Part shown: positions 18,155-27,282 of the stretch, one piece after another | How positions within the stretch are numbered: position 1 is the stretch's first letter | How the letters are laid out: the number at the start of each line of letters is the position of its first letter | Source: a virus | Taxonomy: Duplodnaviria > Caudoviricetes | Direction: 5' to 3' (one strand) | IMG/VR virus record: IMGVR_UViG_3300037991_002697 | Location: 1 to 42,862 of that record | Length of the DNA: 42,862 bases | The notes under the pieces: model-generated | Seen by the model: only the letters and a program-made list of their open reading frames with translations | The model's database searches: none | What the model was told of the DNA's origin: nothing | Translations under genes and position numbers: made by a program

Positions 18155-18588
18155 CGTCTTCGTCTCCGGGCAGAAAAACCGGCAAGACCAAGAAGTGCGA
18201 ACGTGCCGGGTGTTGGAACTGGTGCAAACGTATTGAAAACAGTGGCAGAACCAAAGATTTCATCGTTGTAAATTGTCGCAGGGGTAAGTCGGTATCCAGT
18301 GTACGGAACTTCAATTGACCAAACTGCAAACTCTCCCGGTGCGTCAAGGTTGAAACCGTATGAAAAGTCATACTCATCAAAAGTCATTTCAAAATCAGTG
18401 ACACCGATGTTCCCATCTGCAAGGTAAAACTTGTAATCGAATCGAGATCCGATCTCAGTCTCCGTGTAGTCAACTGTGAAAGACCCCTCCCAAAACAAGT
18501 TGTTCCAGTTTCCGCCGATCTCCTGTGTTACAGGAAAATCAACACCCGCAAGCATCGCACTAGCAATCATTGTTTCAATCATTATCAT
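18151..18588 (-). CDS. secreted protein with PEP-CTERM-like sorting signal
   Basis: N-terminal MIETMIASAMLAG; C-terminal VPTPGTFALLGLAGFSARRRRR. Confidence 0.8.
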   Translation of the reverse strand: MIMIETMIASAMLAGVDFPVTQEIGGNWNNLFWEGSFTVDYTETEIGSRFDYKFYLADGNIGVTDFEMTFDEYDFSYGFNLDAPGEFAVWSIEVPYTGYRLTPATIYNDEIFGSATVFNTFAPVPTPGTFALLGLAGFSARRRRR

Positions 18589-19630
18589 TCTCCATTTCTT
18601 CTTCCACCGTCACATTCGAACTTCCATAGCGAAACTCTTTCGCTACTGCTTCATCAATCTTCTTCATCACCTCACTGGTGAAGTACTTTTCTGGATCCTT
18701 GTAGATCGCCTTTTCATAGACCTTCGACCCATCAGCAACTTGAATTCGTGTTCCCAATTTATCAAAGATGCCGTGATCGAGAGCAATGTCAACCAAACCG
18801 TAGTATGGGTTGAGTCCTTTCTCGTAGTCAAGCATTACATCAACCATCGAGTTCTCCTTGGTCATACGAGACTTGTGGAGTTTGCAGTGAATGATGTTGC
18901 CGATTACATCGGTTCCTTCCTTGACCTTCTTCTTCGTGAGATACACGATTGTAGAAGCGGCATACTTGAGACCCGAACCACCACCCATTTCTTTGGTGGG
19001 GAACATCGAACCGACAACAGCGTAGGTATGGTTCGTCATAATCATCGGAATACCAGCAGCACCCAACTTGATCGTGAGTGTTCGGAAAGTTGACTTCACA
19101 ATCTGTGCCCGCGTCATGTCTCGCGTGGTCTTGCCGTCTGCGGTGTCTGCCATTTCTTTCTCAGTCGAAAGCATACCAAGCGAATCGAGAACGATCATCA
19201 TTGGCTTACGATCCTTCTTGGGCAACTCACGGTAGTTGTCAACCATTGAAATCGCTTGGTGTCGGAACTTCTCGACAGTATCAATGGGAATCACGGCGAC
19301 TCTTGATGGATCAATACCTCGTTCAGTAAACATACTCGAAGTCACCGCCTGCTCGGAGTCAAAGTAAACCACGATGCCTTCGGGACGGTCTTGTAGGAAT
19401 CTTTGAACCATCCCAAGTGTAAAGTAAGTCTTACCAGTGGCACTTTCGCCAGCGATGGCAAGAATCTTGTTGTCGGGGAATCCACCATGAACGGAGCCCG
19501 AGAGAAGTGCATTGAATGTATATGATCCCGTATCAACAAAACCATTCACATCACCAATCACACCATCACCCACACGACGAGCATCTTCATTCTTCGTCGC
19601 ATCCATCATCATGTTTAGTAGATCACTCAT
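18575..19630 (-). CDS. uvsX: UvsX RecA-like recombinase
   Basis: DTGSY..NALLSG, AGESATGKT, VLDSLGML, DMTRAQ, GGGSGLKYAAS. Confidence 0.95.
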   Translation of the reverse strand: MSDLLNMMMDATKNEDARRVGDGVIGDVNGFVDTGSYTFNALLSGSVHGGFPDNKILAIAGESATGKTYFTLGMVQRFLQDRPEGIVVYFDSEQAVTSSMFTERGIDPSRVAVIPIDTVEKFRHQAISMVDNYRELPKKDRKPMMIVLDSLGMLSTEKEMADTADGKTTRDMTRAQIVKSTFRTLTIKLGAAGIPMIMTNHTYAVVGSMFPTKEMGGGSGLKYAASTIVYLTKKKVKEGTDVIGNIIHCKLHKSRMTKENSMVDVMLDYEKGLNPYYGLVDIALDHGIFDKLGTRIQVADGSKVYEKAIYKDPEKYFTSEVMKKIDEAVAKEFRYGSSNVTVEEEMENDND

Positions 19631-19805
19631 CGTTTATTCTCCTCTGCAAATCCATCACTATGTCAAGCAACTCATGTAAAGCATCGATTACCGCAATCGG
19701 TGATTCATCATGAGACTGTTCTTCTCTAATTCTTTTCCTGAGAAACTGTTCGTTGTATTCTAACAACATTTTTAGTTTCATCAAGTCAGTTTTATCCAAC
19801 TTCAT
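19623..19805 (-). CDS. hypothetical protein
   Basis: ATGA overlap with the gene 43 stop; fills the gap. Confidence 0.65.
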   Translation of the reverse strand: MKLDKTDLMKLKMLLEYNEQFLRKRIREEQSHDESPIAVIDALHELLDIVMDLQRRINDE

Positions 19806-22381
19806 CCAAATAAACCTTCTAGCGTGGCAGTCTTTTCAGCAGACCACTCACGGGATACCAAAATAGTTTTGAGTGGTTCGAGGAATGAAACCTCAAACTG
19901 TTTGTTGTAGTCAACGTACTCATGTAGATCCAACTCAACAGGCAGTCTTGATGTAAATGAAACAACAGTGTCATTGATTGTATTTGGAACCTTGAGATAC
20001 AAGAACTTGACTTTCTCTCCGTCCTTGATCACCTCATACTTTCGGTCGAGTCCCTTGTCCTTGAGATGGAAATTGTAAAGCAAAGCACCTTTCACGGCGA
20101 TGGGTGTGCCCTTGCGATAGATCGAACTTGTGTCTCGATACTTCACCATGCCATTACATCCGCGAGGAAAGGCAACATCTTCGGGAGGTAGACTTTTGAA
20201 CTCTTGTTTGAAGTCGGCGATGAACTTCTGAATCGTCTCTTCGTCGGAAGATAGCACAAGAGAAATCGCCTCTTTCAACTTCGTTCGCACGACCATCGGA
20301 GTTGATGATCGAGTAGTTTCAATACCCATGATCTTGAGTTTGGGTTTCGCATATCGAACTCCCTCGGAGTCCCACACGTTGAGCATGTACCGCTTCTTTG
20401 CAGTCCAGATGCCTTTATCTGCGATGACCTCTCGACCCATTATCATCTTGTTGGTATACGCATTCATCAACTCTGCGAGTCGTTCGTACTCTCGCTGGAT
20501 GAACGGTTCAATGACTTCGTTACACGATCTATCGAGGAAGTCAACGACCTCATTTGGCGGCGGACTCTCAGCGTACACACTAGAAACCAAATCACCAAGA
20601 TGAATGTACACACTGTCTGTATCACTTGCAAGAATATAGTCCTTTCCTTCTGTCTTTAGTGTCGTGTTCAAGAAACCATTGAGTGCCTCCTGAATCCAGC
20701 GAATTGATAACTGACCCGAAAGCGTGATCGCCTCTGCCATGTCAACATCGTAGTAGCGGAACCACTGATTACCAATCGCACCATAAGCGGAGTTGAGTTG
20801 AATCTTGCGAACCAACTGGAAGTTGTTGTACTTCGCAATCTCGTAGTCCTTCTCCTCGATGTGTTTGCGTACATCAGCACCCAAAGCACCCGACTTCATT
20901 AGGGTCTGCTTTTCCTTCTCTGCTTGTAGCATCAACTTTTTGTAGTGCTTACGTTCTTGATACATCTTTTCCATCAACGCAGGCAAGAACCCCTGCTTGT
21001 CTCGACGGAAACACACACCGTTTGCGGCAACAGAGTATCCCTTATTCTTTCGTTGCTTGATCGACTCGTAGCATTTTGCTACACCTGCATACTTGTCGTT
21101 GACTGGGCCTCGCAAGATATTCTCGGGCTGAATGCAGTGTGGATTGCCCGGCACAACAGGGATATCCACCTTTGTCTCGGGACTGATGTTGTACTGCATG
21201 ATCAAGTGCGGATACAGTGAGTTCAAGTCAAAGGATACAATCCAGTCCTTGTACCCGAGGATCGGTTCCTTGACATACGCACCAGCATACTGAGTGTCTT
21301 TCGAACCACCCTTCTTCAACGGGATGACAATATCTTGTGATCGCAGATGGTGATAGATGATCTGATCCCAAGTGCGAACCTGAGAGAACACATCGGCGTA
21401 GTTGACTTTCGCAGAGTACGCAAGAGCAAGGGCAAGTTCCAGCAACTTCATTTTGCCCTCTAGTTTGCGAACAAGGTGGACATCGTGATAGTTGTAATCC
21501 ATGAACTTCTGGAAGTCGTTCTTATAGAAGTCCTGAATAGAATCGTATTCATCGTACGACACTTTTCGCTCACCCAACTCGACGAACGCAATGTGATCGA
21601 GTTTGTATGACTCTTGGTTCGTATAAGTGAATGTACGATAGAGATCGAGATAGTCGATGTTCGCGATACCAACGATGTCAACCGCTGTCTTCTCGCCGTG
21701 TCTGGTGTTGACTAGAGAGTGTCGCGTCTTGCGAAACGGCGAAAGCCGCTTTGCTTCCTTTTCTGTAAACAAGGCAGCAATGCGGGAGAACAGATAGGGC
21801 ATGTCGAAGAACTTGGTATTCCATCCAGTGATGATATCTGGTTGAAGGTTCTCCCAGTATGTCAAGAATGACTGAACAAGTTCTTCCTCAGTCTCACATT
21901 GATGACACACGGTGTTCTCATAGTCCAAGTGAAACTCACCACAGCCAAAGACTGTGGTGTTCCCATTGACTTCAATGGTGATTGCGATCAAGCGTTCAAT
22001 TGGATTGTCCACATCGGGGAATCCGTGTTCACATGTCGTTTCAATATCGAGGTTGGCGATTACGACCTTCGAGGGATCATAGTCAACCTCACCATCGAAG
22101 TAGTCTCCGATGAACTGATAGATGTAGTCGGTGTTACCGTAGATCTTGAATCCATCAACACCTTTGTACTGCTCAATGAATTCACGACAGTCTCGCACAC
22201 CCCCCGGCGAAAAGGGTTCAACAGGCACTCCATCAAGTGTCCGATACTTAGTTTTCTTGTTTGACTTGACGAACAGCGTTGGTTGATAATCAACCTTGAA
22301 GTTCTTTCGCTCGCCGTTCACGACACCTCGATAGAAAATCGTGTTTCCGACAAGTGCGACATTGGTGTAGAAGTCAGACAT
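19802..22381 (-). CDS. 43: family B DNA polymerase (T4 gp43-like)
   Basis: DIET exo I, SFDLNSLYPH, KIQLNSAYG, SDTDS, KKRY, MGIETTRSSTP. Confidence 0.97.
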   Translation of the reverse strand: MSDFYTNVALVGNTIFYRGVVNGERKNFKVDYQPTLFVKSNKKTKYRTLDGVPVEPFSPGGVRDCREFIEQYKGVDGFKIYGNTDYIYQFIGDYFDGEVDYDPSKVVIANLDIETTCEHGFPDVDNPIERLIAITIEVNGNTTVFGCGEFHLDYENTVCHQCETEEELVQSFLTYWENLQPDIITGWNTKFFDMPYLFSRIAALFTEKEAKRLSPFRKTRHSLVNTRHGEKTAVDIVGIANIDYLDLYRTFTYTNQESYKLDHIAFVELGERKVSYDEYDSIQDFYKNDFQKFMDYNYHDVHLVRKLEGKMKLLELALALAYSAKVNYADVFSQVRTWDQIIYHHLRSQDIVIPLKKGGSKDTQYAGAYVKEPILGYKDWIVSFDLNSLYPHLIMQYNISPETKVDIPVVPGNPHCIQPENILRGPVNDKYAGVAKCYESIKQRKNKGYSVAANGVCFRRDKQGFLPALMEKMYQERKHYKKLMLQAEKEKQTLMKSGALGADVRKHIEEKDYEIAKYNNFQLVRKIQLNSAYGAIGNQWFRYYDVDMAEAITLSGQLSIRWIQEALNGFLNTTLKTEGKDYILASDTDSVYIHLGDLVSSVYAESPPPNEVVDFLDRSCNEVIEPFIQREYERLAELMNAYTNKMIMGREVIADKGIWTAKKRYMLNVWDSEGVRYAKPKLKIMGIETTRSSTPMVVRTKLKEAISLVLSSDEETIQKFIADFKQEFKSLPPEDVAFPRGCNGMVKYRDTSSIYRKGTPIAVKGALLYNFHLKDKGLDRKYEVIKDGEKVKFLYLKVPNTINDTVVSFTSRLPVELDLHEYVDYNKQFEVSFLEPLKTILVSREWSAEKTATLEGLFG

Positions 22382-22387
22382 GGTGTA

Positions 22388-22415
22388 AATGTATCACAGA
22401 AAGAGGAGTTGTCAA
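22388..22415 (-). promoter_or_regulatory. sigma70-like promoter TTGACA-N16-TACATT (TG-extended); leaderless for gene 43
   Basis: -35 at 22410-22415, -10 at 22388-22393, ATG 6 nt downstream, no SD. Confidence 0.7.
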
Positions 22416-22421
22416 GTAAAA

Positions 22422-22580
22422 TCACTCAGGAGGATATGGAGTTCCGTGTAAATAGTAATACTCATATGCGGTAATCGTACCGAGGTAATCGCCGACACCA
22501 AGCATCTCAAGACGATAAACAGGTTCTTCTACTTTAGGCGAAGAACATCCGACTAGACACAAAAGGGTCAACCACCTCAT
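22422..22580 (-). CDS. 52-aa putative lipoprotein (not in ORF track)
   Basis: MRWLTLLCLVG-CSSPKVEEPVY...GTPYPPE; lipobox LVGC; ATGA overlap with the upstream stop. Confidence 0.7.
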   Translation of the reverse strand: MRWLTLLCLVGCSSPKVEEPVYRLEMLGVGDYLGTITAYEYYYLHGTPYPPE

Positions 22581-23287
22581 CTGCGGCGAGTCCGTGCAAA
22601 TGAAAGTGGTAGTAGAAACATCGTCAAAGTAGACGGTGCCGGAATAAATGCTGCCTGTGGAGTATCGATGAATTCCTCATATGGAAGTTGAAACTCGACT
22701 AGAGGCGGAGTGTCAAGCATAATAGCCATTTCTAACTCCACCAACTCTTCCATGAGTTCCTCTTCAGTCTCCTCTTCTTCTAATGCGGAGAGACTAACTT
22801 GAGAGGAGCCAAACCAAGCATCGATGACATCATCGTTGAATACTTCATCCAAAGAAGCAAGAGCAGTATCGCGAGTGAGAGGAAGAAGAGGGCCGGGAAG
22901 GAAAGGTAGTTCTCTTTCGTCCTTGTCTTCTTCGTCTTTTTCTTCCTTCTTCTCATCCTGCTTGTCCTGTTGTTGTGGTGGTTGTGGAGGTGAGTCTGCT
23001 GGTGTTGCCATACTCATCGATGTTGGTAGGTTCAAACCAGTTGCGTTATTGAACGAGTCGATGTAGTCAGCGACCTTATCGACGAACTCCTTACCAAGAA
23101 CTGCTCCAGTGACAGCGGCAACAACAGTCATGGTTGTTACCTTTTTCTGGAGTTGCGAGCGAGTTTGCTCGCAGTCATCAAGAAGACTCTTGACTTCTTT
23201 TGTTCTTTGCTGCTTGAGGTTTTCAACCTCTTCAACCACTCGATCATAATCAGCACATCGCGGACAACTATTGCGATCCTCTGACAT
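22577..23287 (-). CDS. membrane protein with PEP-CTERM-like C-terminus
   Basis: CPRC + coiled coil + hydrophobic TMTVVAAVTGAVLG + P/Q/E low-complexity region + FIPAPSTLTMFLLPLSFARTRRR; AGGAGG RBS. Confidence 0.75.
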   Translation of the reverse strand: MSEDRNSCPRCADYDRVVEEVENLKQQRTKEVKSLLDDCEQTRSQLQKKVTTMTVVAAVTGAVLGKEFVDKVADYIDSFNNATGLNLPTSMSMATPADSPPQPPQQQDKQDEKKEEKDEEDKDERELPFLPGPLLPLTRDTALASLDEVFNDDVIDAWFGSSQVSLSALEEEETEEELMEELVELEMAIMLDTPPLVEFQLPYEEFIDTPQAAFIPAPSTLTMFLLPLSFARTRRR

Positions 23288-23320
23288 ACAGGCCTCCTTT
23301 TTGTAGAACCGTTACAGTTC

Positions 23321-23327
23321 TATGTAT
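23321..23327 (-). promoter_or_regulatory. late-promoter-like motif ATACATA with adjacent hairpin
   Basis: Intergenic; inverted repeat TAGAAC/GTTCTA at 23304-23322. Confidence 0.4.
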
Positions 23328-23329
23328 GA

Positions 23330-23653
23330 TTAGGAGTCCTTCTTTTCACTCACATACGAGTGAAACAAAACCATGTAGTTGATGATGTCAACACAAGTGT
23401 CCTCGAAACTTTCGTCACTTACATGCAGTTTTCCAGACTCAACAAAGGAACTCAGGCGACTCATCTTATCAGTAAGTCGAACAAGGAATCCCTGTTCGGT
23501 TGAGCAGATGCCCATCGCTTCACATCGAGTAAAGTTAGCGAATGGTTCCTGTCCACCGTTTCCGGCGTAGTCTCTGTTTTTGAGATTCATGAGATCACGA
23601 CCCTGCTTACAGAGCGTTTCGTGTCTCTTCAATAATTCGTCTCTAGTCATCAC
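23330..23653 (-). CDS. nucleotide-modification-associated domain (Nmad1/DUF1599-like) protein
   Basis: KNRDYA..PFANF..VRLTDKMSRL..DESFEDTCVDIINY. Confidence 0.7.
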   Translation of the reverse strand: MMTRDELLKRHETLCKQGRDLMNLKNRDYAGNGGQEPFANFTRCEAMGICSTEQGFLVRLTDKMSRLSSFVESGKLHVSDESFEDTCVDIINYMVLFHSYVSEKKDS

Positions 23654-24141
23654 TCACTTCCTTTCATATTATCAGTGCTTCCAAACCCACCATCTCGATT
23701 ACCACGCTTTGTAGGACGATCATCAATCCATGTGTTGATTGTCGGAATGGTTTTTACAAGTTCGATTTGTGCAATGCGTTCACCACTACGGATGTGAAAC
23801 AGTTTATCTGTATTGTTTACCATTGGCACAAAGACTTCTTCAACATAATCATGGTCGATGATTCCCTCTGTGACTGACATGCCGATTCCCTTTACGGCAG
23901 CCCACGATGATCGCGTGTGAACTCTCACCGAGTAATTTTCGGGGATATCAAAAATCAAACCTGTTGGAATCAATGCTCTCTCACCGGGCTTGAGAGTGAT
24001 CTGGTCATCACAGCAAGCATGTACATCAAAACATGCTGCACCCTGTGTTTGTTTCATTGGAAGTTTTGCCTGTGGACGTAAGGCGTAGAAGCCGAGAACT
24101 TTTGCCCCGGCCGCGTGAGCCTCAAAATCATAATCAATCAT
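23650..24141 (-). CDS. dut: trimeric dUTPase
   Basis: ACFDV, IPTGL, RSS, GIIDHDY, GERIAQ, RDGGFGST. Confidence 0.93.
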   Translation of the reverse strand: MIDYDFEAHAAGAKVLGFYALRPQAKLPMKQTQGAACFDVHACCDDQITLKPGERALIPTGLIFDIPENYSVRVHTRSSWAAVKGIGMSVTEGIIDHDYVEEVFVPMVNNTDKLFHIRSGERIAQIELVKTIPTINTWIDDRPTKRGNRDGGFGSTDNMKGSE

Positions 24142-24171
24142 AATATAAAATCTCCATTATCAAATATAGTG

Positions 24172-24426
24172 CTACGCGGATCCTGATGTGATCGAAGCAA
24201 CTAGGTTACCTGAGTCATCCACGAAGTGAATGGTTCCAGACACATAGATGTCTTTGAATGAGGAAAGAGTAGAACCCACAGAGAAAGATCCAGTTGAACT
24301 CGCAACTACATTTTGCACAAATGCAGTTCCACCAATAGTGGCTCCGTCACTTGCTGAGATTGATCCTGTTGATCCTTGCGGGCCTCTAGGCCCAGGCACT
24401 CCGGGCCCGTTGATGTTGATAGCCAT
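24172..24426 (-). CDS. small putative structural protein with short collagen-like triplets
   Basis: PGPRGPQGSTG, then a G/S/T-rich beta region. Confidence 0.6.
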   Translation of the reverse strand: MAININGPGVPGPRGPQGSTGSISASDGATIGGTAFVQNVVASSTGSFSVGSTLSSFKDIYVSGTIHFVDDSGNLVASITSGSA

Positions 24427-24437
24427 TTCTTACTCCG

Positions 24438-24920
24438 TTACTCTACGATTTCTTTTGTGACTTCAAATCCACCTGCTAAGAGACTAACTGTAGTCCCTGC
24501 GCCCGAAGACACATCGAGCGTATAGTGATGTGAACCATGAGGAACATTCTTCATGGTCTCTGAGTCTGCGATCATCAAAATACCACCAGTGGTTGTTCCA
24601 GACGCAGTGAATCCTTCTCTCGTAACATTTAGGACGATCCCACCCTGACCAACGATACCGTTTGCAGCGGTGAAACCTGCACTTGCTGTCGAAGAAAGGG
24701 CAACAAACTCTGAGTCCAGTGGTAGACCAGTAGTCAACCCCGCCGTTACACCACGAAGATCCAGAAGTCTAACACCGTTGTTTAGATCTTCTGACGTTCT
24801 TGCGACACGAAAACTGGCACCATATGAATCCAAATTGATACCAGTGTACTCAATGTGGAATGAGAAGGCTCCACCTTGAGGAACTGTCATATCATGCTTT
24901 CGTGCTGAGAACGATGTCAT
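24438..24920 (-). CDS. putative structural beta-sandwich protein (BppU/LtfC-like)
   Basis: HDMTVPQG..INLDSYGASFRV...VPHGSHHYTLDV...LLAGGFEVTKEI. Confidence 0.6.
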   Translation of the reverse strand: MTSFSARKHDMTVPQGGAFSFHIEYTGINLDSYGASFRVARTSEDLNNGVRLLDLRGVTAGLTTGLPLDSEFVALSSTASAGFTAANGIVGQGGIVLNVTREGFTASGTTTGGILMIADSETMKNVPHGSHHYTLDVSSGAGTTVSLLAGGFEVTKEIVE

Positions 24921-24941
24921 AGATAAACTCCTAGTCTACTC

Positions 24942-24948
24942 TATGTAG
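24942..24948 (-). promoter_or_regulatory. late-promoter-like motif CTACATA
   Basis: Intergenic, upstream of AGGAG and ATG 24920. Confidence 0.55.
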
Positions 24949-24952
24949 GATT

Positions 24953-26308
24953 TTATCTACGCGCCTTGGATCGCTTCTTGTTCTTCTTTTCTAGTTGACG
25001 CCTGCGTTTGATAGCATTCTTGGCCTTTTCTTCCTTCGCCTGCTGTCTCATCGCTTGACGTACGGCATCTTCTCTTTCCGCATTGATACGGGCTTGCATC
25101 TGTGCCTCTTCAAACATCTTGTTTTGCTCATCAAACCAATGCTGGTAGTTTCTCCAGTTGGTGACAATTCTTTCCTCATGTTCTTTGTGGAACTTCTTTT
25201 CTTCGAGGAGTTTGATGGATGCCTTGAGGCCGTCTTCTTTTTGACCTGCATACCAAGCGGTGCTTGCCACCTCATCAAGACATGCCCATTCGTAGATGTC
25301 GCGTGTGATAAACAAGATATCATCTTTCGGGAATGGAATTCTAGCAGCGGTCACTGCAAACAGATAAGCAGCAGCAGGGTTACCGTGTGATCTATGAAGT
25401 CTTGCTAGGTGGAACAAAGGCTCTGCTCTATGTGGGCGGAGATTCCATGCTTGTAGGAAAACGTCTTGGGCCTCGTGCCATGGTCGGTCGTCCTGTTGTG
25501 AAATACAAAGACCAACACGGAAAACGGAATACCAAACTTCCTCTTCCCAACCACCTGCTTCTGCTCGACGCTTGTACCACTTCTCTGCTTCGACGTAATT
25601 TTGTGAGTCAAAGTAAGACTGTGCGAGATAGAACATGTATCTTTTGTTGTCTGGTTCATAGTTTGGATCCTCTGGATCCTCAAGACAACTAAGAAGCATT
25701 CTCGCATCACGGGCATATTTGGATGCTTGATCGTCTCCAAACTCAATAGTTCTGGCACCCATCGTTCTTGCTTCGACATGGTAATTGCCTTCAATTTTTT
25801 CTTGAGTCAACTCACCTCTTTCACGAAGTTCTACGCAGTCAGAGTATTCGTGAACAACGCCGATGTATTCCCAATTACAGTTGGTCTTATACATCTGATT
25901 TCGCCACCAGTTGAAATCACCACGATGAATGTTTAGTGAATAGGCATGATGTAGTCCAAAGTCTTTAGGGAACTTGAAGTCCCCTTCGATAAAGTCATCA
26001 GCATCCATAACCCAAGCGTAATCGGCACCACCTTCATCGGCATTTCTAAGTGACTCAGTACGAGACTTACCGAACCCCTGCCAAGGAATGTCATAGACAG
26101 TTCCGGGGATGTTGTTTTCCTTACCCCACTCTTCGATGATCTCCTTGGTTCTATCAGTGGAACCAGTATCAGAGATGTCGTAACGATCAATGTATGGTGC
26201 CATAGTGTCAAGACACTCACGAATGATGTGTTCTTCGTCTTTGACAATCATTGTAAGAGAAACAGTTGGTCTCTCTCCATCAACAAAATTAGACCAGCAA
26301 TCAGCCAC
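24953..26308 (-). CDS. GT2 glycosyltransferase with TPR repeats
   Basis: SLTMIVKDEE, DTGSTD, MDADD, GVVHE, FYLAQSY, PHRAEPL. Confidence 0.88.
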   Translation of the reverse strand: MADCWSNFVDGERPTVSLTMIVKDEEHIIRECLDTMAPYIDRYDISDTGSTDRTKEIIEEWGKENNIPGTVYDIPWQGFGKSRTESLRNADEGGADYAWVMDADDFIEGDFKFPKDFGLHHAYSLNIHRGDFNWWRNQMYKTNCNWEYIGVVHEYSDCVELRERGELTQEKIEGNYHVEARTMGARTIEFGDDQASKYARDARMLLSCLEDPEDPNYEPDNKRYMFYLAQSYFDSQNYVEAEKWYKRRAEAGGWEEEVWYSVFRVGLCISQQDDRPWHEAQDVFLQAWNLRPHRAEPLFHLARLHRSHGNPAAAYLFAVTAARIPFPKDDILFITRDIYEWACLDEVASTAWYAGQKEDGLKASIKLLEEKKFHKEHEERIVTNWRNYQHWFDEQNKMFEEAQMQARINAEREDAVRQAMRQQAKEEKAKNAIKRRRQLEKKNKKRSKARR

Positions 26309-27275
26309 GGAATACTCCCATCCAGTAATCTACCATTTCGTGCATCATTGACTCGAATGTGTATTCTGGTTCCCAACCAAGAACGGTTCGAGCCTTTGTG
26401 CTATCTCCCTTGAGGTACTTGAGTTCTTCGGGTCTCATGTACTTGGGATTCTGAACAACAAAGTCGTTGTAGTCTAGATCCAAGTGATCAAAAACTACCT
26501 GACACAAATCACGGACGGAGTGAGTCTCCATCGTAGAAAGAACAAAGTCATCTGGAGTATCGTGATTGATGATGTCCATCATTCCCCGAGTGTAGTCCTT
26601 CGAATGACCCCAGTCTCTATATGAGTCCATGTTGCCCAGTTCAAGTTTGTCCAGCATACCCAACTTGATCTGAACGGCAGCCTTGACAACCTTGTTCGTT
26701 ACGAAGTTCGAACCTCGACGAGGCGATTCGTGGTTGAAGAGGATACCATTACATGCGTGTAGATTGTATGCGTTGCGATAGTGTCGAACAAGATTGTACG
26801 CGATGACCTTTGCACAACCGTAGGGACTCACTGGATTCAATGGTGTTGACTCTCGTTGGAATCCATCCTCATCAACAGAGTTGCCGAACATCTCAGATGA
26901 AGACGCTTGGTAGAATCTTGCCTCTGGGGCAAACTCCTTGTAGATGTCGAGGATGTTTAGAACACCAAGTCCGTTAGTTTGGATCGTGTACGATGGGACA
27001 TCAAAACTGATTCTCACATGACTCATCGCACCCAAGTTGAAGATGTGTGTTGGTTGCACATCTCGCATGATGCGAATGAGAGACGGGACATCAGTCAAGT
27101 CTCCATAGTAAGTGTTTACCTTGTCCGAGACATGCTCTAGTCTGGACTCTTGGTTTTCTGCCGTTGACTGTCTACGGATGATTCCGTGAACCTCGTAGCC
27201 TTCGTTGAGCAAGTGTTCGCTCAAGTAACTACCATCTTGTCCGGCAATGCCGGTGATCAATGCACGCTTGCTCAT
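26301..27275 (-). CDS. gmd: GDP-mannose 4,6-dehydratase
   Basis: ALITGIAGQDGSYL, AMSHVRISF, YQASSSEMFG, SPYGCAK, GILFNHESPRRG, RDWGH. Confidence 0.95.
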   Translation of the reverse strand: MSKRALITGIAGQDGSYLSEHLLNEGYEVHGIIRRQSTAENQESRLEHVSDKVNTYYGDLTDVPSLIRIMRDVQPTHIFNLGAMSHVRISFDVPSYTIQTNGLGVLNILDIYKEFAPEARFYQASSSEMFGNSVDEDGFQRESTPLNPVSPYGCAKVIAYNLVRHYRNAYNLHACNGILFNHESPRRGSNFVTNKVVKAAVQIKLGMLDKLELGNMDSYRDWGHSKDYTRGMMDIINHDTPDDFVLSTMETHSVRDLCQVVFDHLDLDYNDFVVQNPKYMRPEELKYLKGDSTKARTVLGWEPEYTFESMMHEMVDYWMGVFRG

Positions 27276-27282
27276 AATCTAA

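Noticed and set aside
18476-19093. 205-aa plus-strand ORF and the many other alternate-frame or antisense ORFs
   Set aside because: They overlap well-supported genes and show no motifs or RBS
11264-22381. Inteins or introns in nrdJ, 41, uvsX and 43
   Set aside because: Lengths are normal, frames are continuous and no splicing or homing-endonuclease motifs were seen
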